A stretch of 64,000 nt of DNA from Candidatus Tenderia sp. (lineage in GTDB: Bacteria; Pseudomonadota; Gammaproteobacteria; Tenderiales; Tenderiaceae): positions 9,504-73,503 of the forward strand of contig JANOSY010000088.1 in assembly GCA_031416075.1 (NCBI GenBank). The letters run 5' to 3'. Below are positions 52,716 to 64,000 of the stretch, piece by piece (within the stretch, counting starts at the first letter, position 1; every line of letters begins with the position of its first letter). A program made the position numbers and the translations under genes. The notes under the pieces are model-generated. The model was not told where the DNA came from and did not search any database. It worked only from the letters and a program-made list of their open reading frames with translations.

Positions 52716-54806
52716 TTAAACCTCTTCCGTGACGGCCTTGATGCTTAAACGGATACGACCCTGCTTATCCACCTCAAGCACTTTAACCTTAACCACTTCA
52801 CCTTCGGTAAGCTTATCAGCCACATTCTCCACACGCTCATTGGAAATCTGTGAGATGTGAACCAAGCCATCCTTGCCCGGAAGGATGGTGACAAAAGCAC
52901 CAAAGTCCATCAACTTGGCCACTTTACCATCGTAAATCTTGCCGACCTCAACATCAGCAACCAACTCAAGAATCCGCTGCTTCGCCGCCTCACCCGCCGC
53001 CCGGTCAACCGAGGCGACCTTAACGGTGCCATCATCATCCAGATCAATCGATGTGCCTGTCTCTTCGGTCAGTGCACGAATAGTTGCGCCCCCTTTACCA
53101 ATAACATCGCGGATACGGTCCGGATTAATCTTGAAGGTGATAATCCGTGGTGCATATTCAGACAACTCTTCACGAGGTGCAGTGATCGCTTTATCCATTT
53201 CACCCAGAATAAACAGACGGCCATCTTTTGCCTGAGAGAGTGCTGCCTGCATGATCTCACGGGTAATCCCGTCAATCTTGATATCCATCTGCAACGCAGT
53301 GATACCTGATGACGTACCGGCGACCTTAAAGTCCATATCACCCAGATGATCTTCATCACCCAGAATATCGCTCAACACGGCAAAACGGTCACCCTCTTTA
53401 ATCAGCCCCATCGCAATACCCGCTACCGGCGCTTTTAAAGGGATACCCGCATCCATCATCGCCAAACTACTGCCACAGACAGAGGCCATTGAACTGGAGC
53501 CGTTGGATTCAGTAATCTCAGAGACCACACGAACAACGTAAGGGTAGTTTGCCATATCAGGCATCACCGCTTGAACACCACGTTTGGCCAGACGGCCATG
53601 GCCGATCTCACGACGTTTAGGGCTACCCACCATGCCGGTTTCACCAACACTGTAAGGGGGGAAGTTGTAGTGGAACATAAACGGGTCTTTACGCTCACCT
53701 TCGATGGCATCGATCATCTGCGCATCTTTGCCAGTACCGAGGGTGGTCACCACCAGCGCCTGTGTTTCACCACGGGTAAAGAGTGCTGAACCATGTGTAC
53801 GTGGCAACACACCCACACGAATGGTGATCGGACGAACAGTTTTGGTATCACGTCCATCGATACGCGGCTGACCATCAATAACACGGCCACGCACCACCTT
53901 GCTCTCAAGCACGCCAATCATCTCACCTACGTCAGCCGCGCTCCACTCAGGTGTCTCACCACCACACAACGTAGTAACCGCCTGACTGCGAATATCATCC
54001 AGCGCCGCATACCGATCCTGCTTTACCTTAATCTGATAGGCTTCGTTCAACTGTGTCGCAACAACACCGCTCACCGCGGACTCCAGCGCGCTGTTCTTGA
54101 CAGGCGACTGCCACACCCAAGCCTCAACACCCACTTCATCGCACAGCTCACGAATAGCCTTGATCACAACACACATCTGTTCATGACCAAACATCACCGA
54201 ATCCAACATCACCTGTTCTGACAGCTCATGGGCTTCAGACTCCACCATCAATACCGCACCCTCAGTACCGGCAACCACCAGATCCAACTGCGAGGCCACC
54301 AGCTGAGACTTGCTCGGATTCAGCAAAAACTCACCATCGACATAACCAACACGGGCAGCACCGATCGGTCCCTTGAAAGGAACACCTGCCAGCATCAATG
54401 CCGCTGAAGCACCGATCAGCGAGGGAATATCAGGATCAATTTCAGCATCCAGTGAGACAACGGTGGCAACAATCTGGACTTCATTAGTGAAGCCGTCGGG
54501 AAACAGTGGACGTATCGGGCGATCAATCAGACGAGAAGTCAGTGTCTCTTTTTCCGTAGGACGCCCTTCGCGCTTAAAAAACCCGCCAGGAATCTTACCC
54601 GCTGCGTAGGTTCTCTCTTGATAGTTGACAGTTAGTGGAAAGAAGTCACGCCCCGGAACAACCTCTTTACGTGCAACGGCAGTCACCAGAACGGTCGTAT
54701 CTCCCATGCTGCACATCACAGCACCACTAGCCTGTCTGGCAATCTCACCAGTCTCTATCGTGACAGTGTGATTACCATACTGAAAAACCTTTTTAATGGG
54801 TTTCAT
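52716..54806 (-). CDS. pnp: polynucleotide phosphorylase
   Basis: [31 protein letters not shown]… with two RNase PH domains plus KH and S1 (696 aa). Confidence 0.95.
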   Translation of the reverse strand: MKPIKKVFQYGNHTVTIETGEIARQASGAVMCSMGDTTVLVTAVARKEVVPGRDFFPLTVNYQERTYAAGKIPGGFFKREGRPTEKETLTSRLIDRPIRPLFPDGFTNEVQIVATVVSLDAEIDPDIPSLIGASAALMLAGVPFKGPIGAARVGYVDGEFLLNPSKSQLVASQLDLVVAGTEGAVLMVESEAHELSEQVMLDSVMFGHEQMCVVIKAIRELCDEVGVEAWVWQSPVKNSALESAVSGVVATQLNEAYQIKVKQDRYAALDDIRSQAVTTLCGGETPEWSAADVGEMIGVLESKVVRGRVIDGQPRIDGRDTKTVRPITIRVGVLPRTHGSALFTRGETQALVVTTLGTGKDAQMIDAIEGERKDPFMFHYNFPPYSVGETGMVGSPKRREIGHGRLAKRGVQAVMPDMANYPYVVRVVSEITESNGSSSMASVCGSSLAMMDAGIPLKAPVAGIAMGLIKEGDRFAVLSDILGDEDHLGDMDFKVAGTSSGITALQMDIKIDGITREIMQAALSQAKDGRLFILGEMDKAITAPREELSEYAPRIITFKINPDRIRDVIGKGGATIRALTEETGTSIDLDDDGTVKVASVDRAAGEAAKQRILELVADVEVGKIYDGKVAKLMDFGAFVTILPGKDGLVHISQISNERVENVADKLTEGEVVKVKVLEVDKQGRIRLSIKAVTEEV

Positions 54807-54894
54807 TAACTATCCTTAAAATTTCTTATGGGGTATTTAACAAAGATCCAAAAATGATCGGATTCTGGATCAACGCACTGCGGGCATAGCAACA

Positions 54895-54944
54895 GAAACA
54901 GACCGCCCCGCACATCCTTCGATGTTACGCAGGGCAGTCTGTTT
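54895..54944 (-). promoter_or_regulatory. rpsO terminator / pnp leader stem-loop (probable RNase III-processed autoregulatory hairpin)
   Basis: On the minus strand an AAACAGACTGCCC…GGGCGGTCTGTTT long imperfect hairpin lies between the rpsO stop and the pnp start, as in the E. coli rpsO-pnp leader. Confidence 0.4.
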
Positions 54945-54964
54945 AATCCAGCTCGGCATTCCGC

Positions 54965-55234
54965 TTAGCGGCGCAGACCAAGACGGGTGATCAATTCACG
55001 GTAACGATCCTGATCTTTCTTTTTCAGGTAGTCGAGCAACTTACGACGCTGACTAACCATTCTCAAAAGACCCTGACGTGAGTGATGGTCATGAGAGTGT
55101 TTCTTAAAATGACCAGAAAGCTGATCGATACGAGCGCTCAACAGCGCAACCTGAACTTCAGGAGATCCAGTATCCCCTGTGGCACGCTGAAAATCACCAA
55201 CGACTTTCTGCTTAGCTTCTGCATTCAAAGACAT
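54965..55234 (-). CDS. rpsO: 30S ribosomal protein S15
   Basis: [39 protein letters not shown]…RLGLRR is 89 aa with a GGGAGA SD. The track ORF starts at an upstream TTG. Confidence 0.95.
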   Translation of the reverse strand: MSLNAEAKQKVVGDFQRATGDTGSPEVQVALLSARIDQLSGHFKKHSHDHHSRQGLLRMVSQRRKLLDYLKKKDQDRYRELITRLGLRR

Positions 55235-55353
55235 GTTATCTCCCAAATAGACACTACTAACTCAATAAGCGGCGTATTTTACAACCGCATCAAGCCCGGT
55301 ACAAGCACGGAATTGGCCAATTCTCCTCTTAAAAGGCAGATTAGGCAATAATC

Positions 55354-56271
55354 CTAGCAATTCACCAGACGTTTTGGAGCAACCCTGCCATCATCCAGGA
55401 TGTGGCCGATCCCCAGAAATCCATCTTTATGACCATACAACCTAACCAACCCTGTCATCGGTGCCTTCGGCACCAGCACAGCTTGGCCTCGTTTGACATA
55501 AAATGCCATGTCATCGGTCAGTGCGATCGATGGCCACTGCGATAAGGCGCTATCCATCGGCAGCAAACGTCTATCAACACTATCAAACCCAGCAGCTTCA
55601 ATCGCATCAGCCAACTGCTCAAGAGTCATGCACTGATCAAGCTGATGGCCACTCACCTGGGTACGGCGTAGCACTGTTACGTGTGCACCACACCCCAAAA
55701 GCTCACCAATATCTTCGGACAGTGTACGAATGTAGGTCCCTTTCGAACACCTGACATGCAGATCAATTTCATCGCTACTTTGGCGCAGTAGATCAATTTG
55801 ATAAATAGTCACTTGCCGCGGCTGACGCTCCACCTCCAACCCTTGGTGGGCCAGTTTGTAAAGCGGCTGGCCATTCACCTTAAGCGCTGAGTGCATGGGC
55901 GGTACCTGCTGAATAATACCCGTCAACTGCTCCAGCACTTTACGCAATGTCTGTTCGCTGATATATGGCACGGGGCGGGTCTCAATGACCTCTCCCTCAA
56001 TATCCGCAGTATTGGTCTTTTGCCCTAACTTGAGGGTGACAAAATAACTCTTGTCAGACTCCAGCAGATATCCCGAGACCTTTGTCGCCTCGCCCAAACA
56101 GATGGGCAATACACCGGTGGCAATAGGGTCAAGGCTGCCCGTATGGCCCGCTTTATTGGCATTAAACAGTCGTTTGACCTTCTGCAGCGCCACGTTGGAA
56201 GTCATGCCCGCCGGTTTGTCGAGCAAAAAAATGCCATGGATATCTCTACCCGGTATGCGCCGTTTTTGCAC
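55354..56271 (-). CDS. truB: tRNA pseudouridine(55) synthase
   Basis: …GIFLLDKPAGMTSNVALQKVKRLFNANKAGHTGSLDPIATGVLPICLGEATK…. Confidence 0.95.
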   Translation of the reverse strand: MQKRRIPGRDIHGIFLLDKPAGMTSNVALQKVKRLFNANKAGHTGSLDPIATGVLPICLGEATKVSGYLLESDKSYFVTLKLGQKTNTADIEGEVIETRPVPYISEQTLRKVLEQLTGIIQQVPPMHSALKVNGQPLYKLAHQGLEVERQPRQVTIYQIDLLRQSSDEIDLHVRCSKGTYIRTLSEDIGELLGCGAHVTVLRRTQVSGHQLDQCMTLEQLADAIEAAGFDSVDRRLLPMDSALSQWPSIALTDDMAFYVKRGQAVLVPKAPMTGLVRLYGHKDGFLGIGHILDDGRVAPKRLVNC

Positions 56272-56292
56272 CCGTGCTAGACCGCGAACAGA

Positions 56293-56658
56293 CTATTTTT
56301 CGCCACGATCAGAAGCCAATGCGGCATTGATCAAGGCGTTGATATTGGCACCATTTTCCACGGAAGCGTCATAGACAAATACCAGCTGCGGTGTAATCCG
56401 CAATTTCATCCGTTTGCCCAACTCACGACGCAGAAAACCTGCCGCATGATTCAGTGCCGCCAAGACATCCTCCACGCCATTGTCCGCATTAAACATGGTG
56501 ATGTAGACCTTGGCATGGGCCATATCACGGGTCACATCCACGCCGGAGACTGTCACCAGTCCCACACGTGGATCGTTGAGCTGAAACTGAATCAGATCCG
56601 CCAACTCACGCTGTATTTGTGAGCCAACCCGCTGGCTACGACTAAATTCTTTGGCCAT
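56293..56658 (-). CDS. rbfA: ribosome-binding factor A
   Basis: MAKEFSRSQRVGSQIQRELADLIQ… is a 121-aa KH-like RbfA. Confidence 0.9.
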   Translation of the reverse strand: MAKEFSRSQRVGSQIQRELADLIQFQLNDPRVGLVTVSGVDVTRDMAHAKVYITMFNADNGVEDVLAALNHAAGFLRRELGKRMKLRITPQLVFVYDASVENGANINALINAALASDRGEK

Positions 56659-56678
56659 GACGCTCTACCGTAGTGAAA

Positions 56679-59234
56679 TCAAGTGATGAACTTGGCAACT
56701 TCGGTACGCTCGTAGACCTCAATCTGGTCTCCTGGGCGTACATCGTTGTAGTCCTTAACGCCGATACCACATTCGGTACCAGAGCGCACTTCACCCACAT
56801 CATCCTTAAAGCGACGCAGCGACTCAAGCGCACCTTCATAGATAACCACATTGTCACGCAATACGCGGATCGGATTATTACGTTTGACCACACCATCAAT
56901 AACCAGACAGCCAGCAATGGCACCGATCTTGGGTGAGCGGAAGACATCACGAACCTCTGCCAGCCCCACAATCACTTCACGAATTTCTGGTGACAACATA
57001 CCGGACAGCGCATGTTTAACGTCATCGATAATGTCGTAGATTACGCTGTAGTAACGTATATCAATACCCGTCTCTTGGCAGATGCGTTTGGCAGCGCTGT
57101 CAGCACGGACATTAAAGCCCATGACAATCGCCTGCGATGCAGCCGCCAGATTGACATCAGATTCGGTAATACCACCCACGCCGCTAGCCAGAATTTTAAC
57201 CCTGACTTCATCGGTAGAAAGTTTGGTCAGTGCATCACGCAACGCCTCGGCACTACCCTGTACGTCGGTCTTGATCACCAGGTTAAGGGCGCTGATCTTG
57301 CCATCTTCCATTTGTGAGAAGACATCTTCAAGCTTGGAGGCCTGCTGGCGAGCCAGTTTCACATCACGGAACTTGCCTTGACGGAACAGGGCAATTTCAC
57401 GTGCCTTACGCTCATCCGAAATAACAGCTGCGTTGTCACCCGCATCCGGCGTACCGGAAAGACCCAACACCTGCACTGGAATTGAAGGGCCGGCAGAATC
57501 GACCGGCAGACCATTCTCATCAAACAGGGCGCGAACACGACCATACTCCTTACCCACCAGCAATACGTCACCCTTGTTCAGCGTGCCGCTCTGCACCAAT
57601 ACTGTTGCCACAGCACCGCGCCCTTTATCCAGGCTCGATTCAACAACAATACCTGTGGCATGGCCATCTTTGACCGCTTTCAGCTCCATCACTTCCGCTT
57701 GCAACAGAATAGCTTCGAGCAGCTGATCAATACCGGCACCGGTCTTGGCGGAGACGTGAACAAACATCGAATCACCACCCCACTCTTCAGGAATCACCCC
57801 TTGAGCAACCAGCTCCTGCTTAACACGATCAGGATCAGCGTCAGGCTTATCAATCTTATTCACCGCCACCAGCAACGGCACTTCTGCTGCACGGGCATGC
57901 TGAATCGCTTCAATCGTCTGTGGCATCACGCCATCATCCGCCGCCACGACCAAAATAACGATATCGGTAGCCTGGGCACCACGGGCACGCATCGCCGTAA
58001 AGGCGGCATGGCCCGGAGTATCAAGGAAAGTGACCATACCGCGATCAGTCTCTACATGATAGGCACCGATATGCTGGGTAATACCACCCGCCTCACCCGC
58101 TGCCACTTTGGCACGACGAATGTGGTCGAGCAGTGACGTCTTACCATGGTCAACATGACCCATGATGGTGACAACCGGGGCGCGACTGATCAGCTCACCC
58201 TTATGACCGGTCTGCACTTCAAGCAGCTCAGCCTCAAGTGCGTCTTCACGCATCAGCTTAGGTGTATGACCCATCTCTTCCACTACAATGGCAGCGGTAT
58301 CCTGGTCGATCACCTGATTGATGGTCACCATGGTGCCCATCTTCATCATCACCTTGATGACTTCAGCAGCCTTGACCGACATCTTCTGCGCCAGCTCGGC
58401 CACAGTAATGGTCTCAGGGATGGCAACTTCATGAGTCACGGGTGCCTGAGGCTTCTGGAAACCATGTGGCCCCGCAGCAACCACCACGCGACCGCGGCTT
58501 GGCGAGTGCGATTTTTTCTTACGGCGGCCAGCCTTGTCGGCGGAGACATGCAACTCTTCACGATCAAAGCCACCTTTTTTGCCTTTACCACCAAACGGCT
58601 CATCAGCAACGCCTTTGCCACGCTTTTTAGGCTTTTTGTCCTTACCGGCATCACTAACAACCACGGCTTCCGGTGTCACCGGTGGTGCCACCGGGCGCAC
58701 AGTTGCCTCGGCTGCCGCCTGCTGAATCATCTGTTCAGCGGCCCGCCTTGCGGCAATCTCCATGTCGGCACGACGCTGATCTTCCAAGGCCTGCAATCGC
58801 ATGGCCTCTTCTGCCGCCTGACGTGCGACCTCCTCGGCACGCGCCTCATTAAGCTCAGGACTCTCTGGCACAACCTCTTCTTCCGGAGACTCTTCTTCAG
58901 ATTCATTGGCAACATCAGTGGGACGCTTAACGTAAGTGCGGCGCTTACGCACCTCAACGCTCACGGTTTTGGCGCGCCCCTGGGTCCCTGACTGCTTAAG
59001 CTCACTGACAGTCTTGCGTTTCAAGGTGATCTTCTTGGGAGATGCCGCCTCCTCAGCGATTTCAACCGCATCGCCCCCTCTACGCAGATGCTTGAGCAGC
59101 TGCATCTTGTCCTCATCACTGATGGTAGCGTCGGCGCTCGGTACCGGCACGCCCGCTTCATCAAGCTGGACAAGCAAGCGATCGACTGGAATGCCAACCG
59201 CATCTGCCAACTGCTTTACTGTTACTTCTGACAT
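56679..59234 (-). CDS. infB: translation initiation factor IF-2
   Basis: 851 aa with a G-domain ([26 protein letters not shown]) and the C-terminal fMet-tRNA binding domain. Confidence 0.95.
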   Translation of the reverse strand: MSEVTVKQLADAVGIPVDRLLVQLDEAGVPVPSADATISDEDKMQLLKHLRRGGDAVEIAEEAASPKKITLKRKTVSELKQSGTQGRAKTVSVEVRKRRTYVKRPTDVANESEEESPEEEVVPESPELNEARAEEVARQAAEEAMRLQALEDQRRADMEIAARRAAEQMIQQAAAEATVRPVAPPVTPEAVVVSDAGKDKKPKKRGKGVADEPFGGKGKKGGFDREELHVSADKAGRRKKKSHSPSRGRVVVAAGPHGFQKPQAPVTHEVAIPETITVAELAQKMSVKAAEVIKVMMKMGTMVTINQVIDQDTAAIVVEEMGHTPKLMREDALEAELLEVQTGHKGELISRAPVVTIMGHVDHGKTSLLDHIRRAKVAAGEAGGITQHIGAYHVETDRGMVTFLDTPGHAAFTAMRARGAQATDIVILVVAADDGVMPQTIEAIQHARAAEVPLLVAVNKIDKPDADPDRVKQELVAQGVIPEEWGGDSMFVHVSAKTGAGIDQLLEAILLQAEVMELKAVKDGHATGIVVESSLDKGRGAVATVLVQSGTLNKGDVLLVGKEYGRVRALFDENGLPVDSAGPSIPVQVLGLSGTPDAGDNAAVISDERKAREIALFRQGKFRDVKLARQQASKLEDVFSQMEDGKISALNLVIKTDVQGSAEALRDALTKLSTDEVRVKILASGVGGITESDVNLAAASQAIVMGFNVRADSAAKRICQETGIDIRYYSVIYDIIDDVKHALSGMLSPEIREVIVGLAEVRDVFRSPKIGAIAGCLVIDGVVKRNNPIRVLRDNVVIYEGALESLRRFKDDVGEVRSGTECGIGVKDYNDVRPGDQIEVYERTEVAKFIT

Positions 59235-59279
59235 TGCTGCCTACCCCTCTTACTCAAGTGCTCTTAATCCTTGGTGCTA

Positions 59280-60764
59280 TTACGCAAACCAAGGGGCACG
59301 AGCGGTCATAATCAATTGACTGGCACGCTCTTCATCCAAGCCAACCACATCACCCAGTTCATCCAGCGACTGTTCCGCCAGATCTTCCATAGTGATTACA
59401 CCCTTGGCTGCCAACGCATAGGCCAGGGACTCATCCATACCTTCCATATCCAAGAGATCCTTGGCAGGCTGCTTGTGGGCATGTTTCTCTTCACCAGCGA
59501 TTGCCTTGGTCAGCAATACATCACGGGCGCGATTACGCAGCTCTTCCACCATCTCTTCGTCAAACTCTTCAATCTGCAGCATCTCCTGCACAGGCACATA
59601 AGCCACCTCTTCAATCGAGCTGAACCCCTCCTGCACCAGAATAGAAGCAACCTCTTCATCCACATCGAGCTGCTCTTTAAACAGATTGAGCACAGCCACT
59701 GACTCTTGTTCGCTCTTTTTCTCAGCATCGGTTTCAGTCATCACATTCAACTCCCAACCAGTCAACTGACTGGCAAGGCGCACATTTTGACCGCCACGAC
59801 CGATGGCTTGCGACAGGTTCTCTTCTGAGACGGCAACATCCATGGTGTGACTCTCTTCATCAACAACAATAGAGACAACCTCAGCCGGTGACATCGCATT
59901 AATCACAAACTGCGCCACATTATCATCATACAAAATAATGTCGACACGCTCACCGCCCAGCTCATTGGAGACCGCCTGCACACGCGAACCACGCATGCCC
60001 ACACAGGCACCCACTGGATCGATACGCTGATCGTTACTCTTGACGGCAATTTTGGCACGCACACCTGGATCACGGGCTGCGGCCCTGATCTCAATCAACC
60101 CTTCACCCGCCTCCGGCACCTCAAGCTTAAACAGCTCAATTAGCAGCTCAGGGGCCGTACGACTGATAAACAGCTGTGGACCACGTGGCTCGGAACGGAC
60201 GTCGCGCAGATAACCACGCACGCGATCACCCGTGCGTAACGATTCACGTGGAATCATATCTTCACGGGCGATCAGCGCTTCAACATTACCACCCAGATCC
60301 AGGATGACACTGCCACGATCGTTACGTTTGACAATCCCCATCACCAGCTCGCCGATGCGCCCTTTATAGGCGTCCACCACCTGCATTCTTTCAGCCTCGC
60401 GCACCTTCTGCACGATCACCTGCTTGGCAGTCTGGGCAGAAATACGACCAAACTCAACCGACTCAAGTGGCTCTTCTATATAGTCACCGGCATTGACATT
60501 AGGATTCTTGACCCGCGCATCTGCCAGCATGATCTGGTAATCAGTTGACTCAAACGCCTCCTCATCCTCCAGCACCAACCAGCGACGAAAGGTCTCGTTA
60601 TTCCCAGTATCACGGTTGATAGTGACCCGCACATCAACCTCGTCTTCATAACGTTTTTTGGTGGCTGTTGCCAACGCAGCCTCTATCGCCCCAAAAATGA
60701 TGCCTTTATCGACACCCTTTTCGTTAGATACAGCCTCTACTACCAATAAGATCTCTTTGCTCAT
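59280..60764 (-). CDS. nusA: transcription termination/antitermination factor NusA
   Basis: [37 protein letters not shown]… with S1, KH and acidic repeat domains (494 aa). Confidence 0.95.
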   Translation of the reverse strand: MSKEILLVVEAVSNEKGVDKGIIFGAIEAALATATKKRYEDEVDVRVTINRDTGNNETFRRWLVLEDEEAFESTDYQIMLADARVKNPNVNAGDYIEEPLESVEFGRISAQTAKQVIVQKVREAERMQVVDAYKGRIGELVMGIVKRNDRGSVILDLGGNVEALIAREDMIPRESLRTGDRVRGYLRDVRSEPRGPQLFISRTAPELLIELFKLEVPEAGEGLIEIRAAARDPGVRAKIAVKSNDQRIDPVGACVGMRGSRVQAVSNELGGERVDIILYDDNVAQFVINAMSPAEVVSIVVDEESHTMDVAVSEENLSQAIGRGGQNVRLASQLTGWELNVMTETDAEKKSEQESVAVLNLFKEQLDVDEEVASILVQEGFSSIEEVAYVPVQEMLQIEEFDEEMVEELRNRARDVLLTKAIAGEEKHAHKQPAKDLLDMEGMDESLAYALAAKGVITMEDLAEQSLDELGDVVGLDEERASQLIMTARAPWFA

Positions 60765-60799
60765 AGCTCAGCCTCTATTCAGCACTGCCTTGCAAATCC

Positions 60800-61261
60800 T
60801 CAGAGTTCAGGCACAAGACGTGCCTTCTCCACATCATCAAACGAAAACTGCTTAGTCTCACCTTCAAACTCAACGGTGATCAGACCAGACGCAATTCCCA
60901 ATAATTTGGCGGTCATCTTACGACGCCCATCAAGCGGTGTCGCCAGCTGCACCTTAATCTCACGGCCGGTAAACCGCTCATAATCTTTTTCACTAAACAA
61001 CAGACGATCCAGACCAGGCGACGAAACTTCCAGCGAATAACGTCCAGCAATGGGGTCTTCCACATCAAACACAGCACTGACCTGGCGACTCACCTTCTCA
61101 CAATCACTGACCGTTACACCGCCATCAGGGTTGTCTATATATATCCGCAACAACGAATGGTGTCCCTGCGGCAGGTGCTCGACACCTGCAAGCTCATACC
61201 CCAGCCCCGCCACAACGGGTCCAATCAGATTCAACAACTTTACTGGGGCCTGTCGGGCCAT
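60800..61261 (-). CDS. rimP: ribosome maturation factor RimP
   Basis: MARQAPVKLLNLIGPVVAGLGYELAGVEH… Start was set at the internal ATG. The track ORF extends to a TTG at 61306. Confidence 0.85.
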   Translation of the reverse strand: MARQAPVKLLNLIGPVVAGLGYELAGVEHLPQGHHSLLRIYIDNPDGGVTVSDCEKVSRQVSAVFDVEDPIAGRYSLEVSSPGLDRLLFSEKDYERFTGREIKVQLATPLDGRRKMTAKLLGIASGLITVEFEGETKQFSFDDVEKARLVPEL

Positions 61262-61537
61262 GAGGTCCACCTTAAAACAAAAAATGGGCCGTGAGCCCAT
61301 TTTCAAAATCCAGAAAATTCGCGCCTAACAAAAAGGCCCACCTTCGGGGCCTTGGCAGCAAGCAGACAACTACGCCAGAGCAGATGCCGCCTACCTCGAT
61401 CACGCACCCTTCTGGTGCCAGACCTTAACAAAAAGAACGGCCAATATCAATACTTCATACCCGGCCAAGCGGGCATAACAACAGACCTGAAACAGAACAG
61501 CCGACATCTAGGTCGGCTGTATAATTTCAACTAAATT

Positions 61538-61614
<77 letters not shown>

Positions 61615-61773
61615 TCGGCGAAGAGCATATTACTGATTTCATTAGGCAATAGCAAGAAGAATAATGATTTAAAGCACTATTAAACATCATCGCGTAATAG
61701 AACGGCCTGCTTGAATTGTGCAACCATCAATCATCACCTCTCCTCAGGCACATCTCATCATAGAAGTACCACA

Positions 61774-62718
61774 TCACTGCCGCTCTTTCCAGGAGGCTGG
61801 CAATGAACTGATAGTCAGCTCGCGCCCCTCTGAAAGTAGGTACTCCGCAAATACCTTGGCCACCACAGAAGGTTTTTTACCCAAGGGGTAACAGAGATAC
61901 CACTCGTCATCGATAGGGAAGCCCTCTACGTCCAGCACCACTAGCTCCCCCGTATTAATTTCATGCACTAACGCATAAATGGAGAGCATCGAAATACCCA
62001 GCTCACCAATCACTGCCTGCTTGATCGCCTCATTACTTCCCAGCGCCATGCTGACCTTAAAAGCAAAGTCACGACTGCGTCCGAGACGGTCCATCGTCAG
62101 GAAAGTACCGCAGCCAGGCTCCCGTGCCAGGAAGTTTTCATCCGCCAGGGCCTTAAGCGGTATATTCTTTTTTCCTGCCAGCGGGTGGTTTGGAGAGGCA
62201 AGAATCACCAGCGGGTTGGTCAAAAAGGGGATGGCATGAATACCAGGGTCAGACGGCGTCTGGCCAACAATATAGATGTCGTCCAAGTTCTCCGCCAACC
62301 GCTCCAGGATGTGCTGACGATTATTCACAACCAGCGACACATTAATGCCAGGGTATTTTTTATGAAAATCTCCCAGAATGCGCGGTGCAAAATACTCTGT
62401 TGTTGTCACCCCGGAGATGCGCAGATCACCCTGCTTGACACCTTTGATATCTGAAACCGTCATCTGGAACTCATCCAACGCAGTAAACAGCGACTTGCAG
62501 GTTTTAAGCAGCTCCCCCCCTACCGCCGTTAGCGCAATTCGCTTCCCCACCTGCTCGAACAGTGACATACCAACAATACCGGTTAGTTTTTTCATCTGCA
62601 TGGAGAGTGTTGGCTGAGTAAGGTGCAGCTCTTCAGCCGCCACCGTAAAAGAACCGTTTCGCGCTATCGATTCAAATACTTGCAACTGACGAAACGTGGC
62701 ATTACGAATTTTGATCAT
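61774..62718 (-). CDS. LysR-family transcriptional regulator, CbbR-like
   Basis: The N-terminal HTH FRQLQVFESIARNGSFTVAAEELHLTQPTLSMQMKKLTGIVGMSLFEQVGKRI is very close to CbbR (…AAEELHLTQPAVSMQVKQLE…). It is 314 aa. Confidence 0.8.
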   Translation of the reverse strand: MIKIRNATFRQLQVFESIARNGSFTVAAEELHLTQPTLSMQMKKLTGIVGMSLFEQVGKRIALTAVGGELLKTCKSLFTALDEFQMTVSDIKGVKQGDLRISGVTTTEYFAPRILGDFHKKYPGINVSLVVNNRQHILERLAENLDDIYIVGQTPSDPGIHAIPFLTNPLVILASPNHPLAGKKNIPLKALADENFLAREPGCGTFLTMDRLGRSRDFAFKVSMALGSNEAIKQAVIGELGISMLSIYALVHEINTGELVVLDVEGFPIDDEWYLCYPLGKKPSVVAKVFAEYLLSEGRELTISSLPASWKERQ

Positions 62719-62840
62719 GTTATAAAAACCCTACTAAATAGACTATAATCTATGCTGATTATAAGATATTTTTATTATCATTGATACAAGAAGCCGTTCA
62801 TAATCCACTCCAGGTTGATGACATAGTCAACTCTCCTTAG

Positions 62841-62912
62841 TGCGTACGGGGCCTGCCTTCCTCCCCCCCTCCCCCCCCAATAGGGCAGCCCACCCCGTAC
62901 GCGCCTTTTTTA
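62841..62912 (+). ncRNA. C-tract hairpin element 1 (candidate small RNA / intrinsic terminator-like repeat)
   Basis: GCGTACGGGGCCTGCC-[TTCCTCCCCCCCTCCCCCCCCAATAG]-GGCAGCCCACCCCGTACGC is an imperfect inverted repeat with a C7-T-C8 loop, followed by TTTTTTATT. Confidence 0.35.
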
Positions 62913-63104
62913 TTCAATGATACCCGCTTTGAAATCAAAAACATAAAACAGTCAAGCACCCTGCTTCAGACTATCTGAAATAGTGCTCTGCCACGCACCT
63001 ATTGTCTTATAGGTAAACATCTATCATGTTAATAAGAAATCAGTGCTAGTCATTATAGTGACTATAGGAGATACTGCTACAAAGTTGAGCTGATCACTCA
63101 ACTT

Positions 63105-63176
63105 TGTGTGTATGGGGACTTGCCTTTCCCCTCCCCTCCCCCTAAAAGGTGAAGGCTCCATACACACTGTTTTTAA
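63105..63176 (+). ncRNA. C-tract hairpin element 2 (paralog of element 1)
   Basis: GTGTGTATGGGGACTTGCCTT-[TCCCCTCCCCTCCCCCTAAAAGGTG]-AAGGCTCCATACACAC followed by TGTTTTTAAT. A perfect palindrome AAAGTTGAG-N8-CTCAACTTT lies immediately upstream at 63081-63106. Confidence 0.35.
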
Positions 63177-63324
63177 TCTCTATTTTCCCTCACATCTACC
63201 AGCTCATCCCCAGTCATTAAAGATGCTTCTGCTACAACACCAACTGCAGATTTATAATCCAACCTGATAATAGCGCCATGTAGCGGTCTTTCACATTGGT
63301 CGGCTGACAATTTTTAGTCAATAA

Positions 63325-63350
63325 AAAGGCAGGGATCACCTGCCTTTTTT
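63325..63350 (-). terminator. rho-independent terminator downstream of sspB (bidirectional shape)
   Basis: AAAGGCAGG-gatcac-CCTGCCTTT hairpin flanked by A-run and T-run. Confidence 0.6.
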
Positions 63351-63354
63351 GTCT

Positions 63355-63771
63355 CTATTTTACTACCCGCAGACTGGGGCGCCCTTTGGGTGGCTGAGGC
63401 GGCTCATCACCACCGCCTGATGGCGGCGCGCTGTCTGGGGCGTCACTCTCATCCACCTCCTCCTCAGAAAAGACCATGCCACGCCCGTTTTCTTTGGCAT
63501 AGATGGCCAGCACTGCCAGGGGTGGCAGACTCACATCCATGGATACACCGCTAAAACGGGCGCTGAACATCACCCACTCATTGGTCAACTCCAGGCCACG
63601 CACCGCCTGAGGATTAATATTCAGGATTATTTTGCCATCTTCAATGTATTGGGTGGGCACGGTCACGTTTGCCATCCCGGCATTCACTAACATGTAGGGG
63701 GTTAAACCACTGTCAACTATCCAGTCGTAAATGGCACGGATTAGATAAGGGCGTGAAGAGTTCAAGGTCAA
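63355..63771 (-). CDS. sspB: ClpXP specificity-enhancing factor (stringent starvation protein B)
   Basis: …PYLIRAIYDWIVDSGLTPYMLVNAG…QYIEDGKIILNI… and the C-terminal ClpX-binding tail …GRPSLRVVK. Confidence 0.9.
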   Translation of the reverse strand: MTLNSSRPYLIRAIYDWIVDSGLTPYMLVNAGMANVTVPTQYIEDGKIILNINPQAVRGLELTNEWVMFSARFSGVSMDVSLPPLAVLAIYAKENGRGMVFSEEEVDESDAPDSAPPSGGGDEPPQPPKGRPSLRVVK

Positions 63772-63786
63772 AATCCTTTATAACAG

Positions 63787-64000
63787 TCAGGAACGAATGG
63801 CACGTTCAGCGGCACTCAGGCTGGCTCCAAAACCGGGGCGTCTGAAAATACGGCTAGCATAGGCAGTCAGTGCCTTGGCGGGCGCTGGCAATTCAATGCC
63901 GTAGAGTGGCAAACGCCAGAGTAATGGGGCCAGACTACAGTCAACCATACTGAATTCATTGCTCATAAAAAATGGCTTTTCATCAAAAATCGGGGCAATG
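63787..64000 (-). CDS. sspA: stringent starvation protein A (C-terminal part; 5' end outside window)
   Basis: The minus-strand frame reads …FFMSNEFSMVDCSLAPLLWRLPLYGIELPAPAKALTAYASRIFRRPGFGASLSAAERAIRS*, a GST-like SspA C-terminus. Confidence 0.8.
   Translation of the reverse strand, partial: IAPIFDEKPFFMSNEFSMVDCSLAPLLWRLPLYGIELPAPAKALTAYASRIFRRPGFGASLSAAERAIRS

Overview
Chromosomal segment, apparently from a GC-rich gammaproteobacterium. Most of it is housekeeping blocks in recognisably enterobacterial order. These are: a yejABEF-like peptide ABC importer, fabI, and the tig-clpP-clpX-lon-hupB-(tRNA-Val, tRNA-Asp)-ppiD block. They continue with a 5-tRNA cluster (Pro-Arg-His-Lys-Leu), an MFS permease, aroC, hemN, prmB, ald, a CheY-like receiver plus an HD-GYP regulator, tadA and guaBA. 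After that come xseA and the metY(tRNA-fMet)-rimP-nusA-infB-rbfA-truB-rpsO-pnp operon, a CbbR-like LysR regulator, and sspB-sspA. Three accessory insertions interrupt this backbone. (1) A 14-kb cluster of four secreted DUF11-repeat proteins, including 2098-aa and 1872-aa giants, sits exactly in the guaB/xseA divergent intergenic position. (2) A low-GC islet between the xseA-M23-Dabb genes and pnp carries two paralogous, strongly SD-driven micro-ORFs encoding almost pure Gly/Met peptides (40 and 22 aa). Each is followed by conserved hairpins and a terminator, and they are convergent with an asparagine-synthetase-family amidotransferase translationally coupled to an MsbA-type ABC exporter. I consider this the best candidate for an undescribed peptide-modification/export system. 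(3) An 812-aa uncharacterised Ala/Leu/Gln-rich protein is translationally coupled to a 111-aa ORF and to tadA, between tadA and guaA. The CbbR-like/sspB intergenic region also carries twin C-tract hairpin elements with terminator-like T-runs, which are sRNA or repeat candidates. All coordinates come from manual reading and the ORF track and may be off by 1 nt in places.
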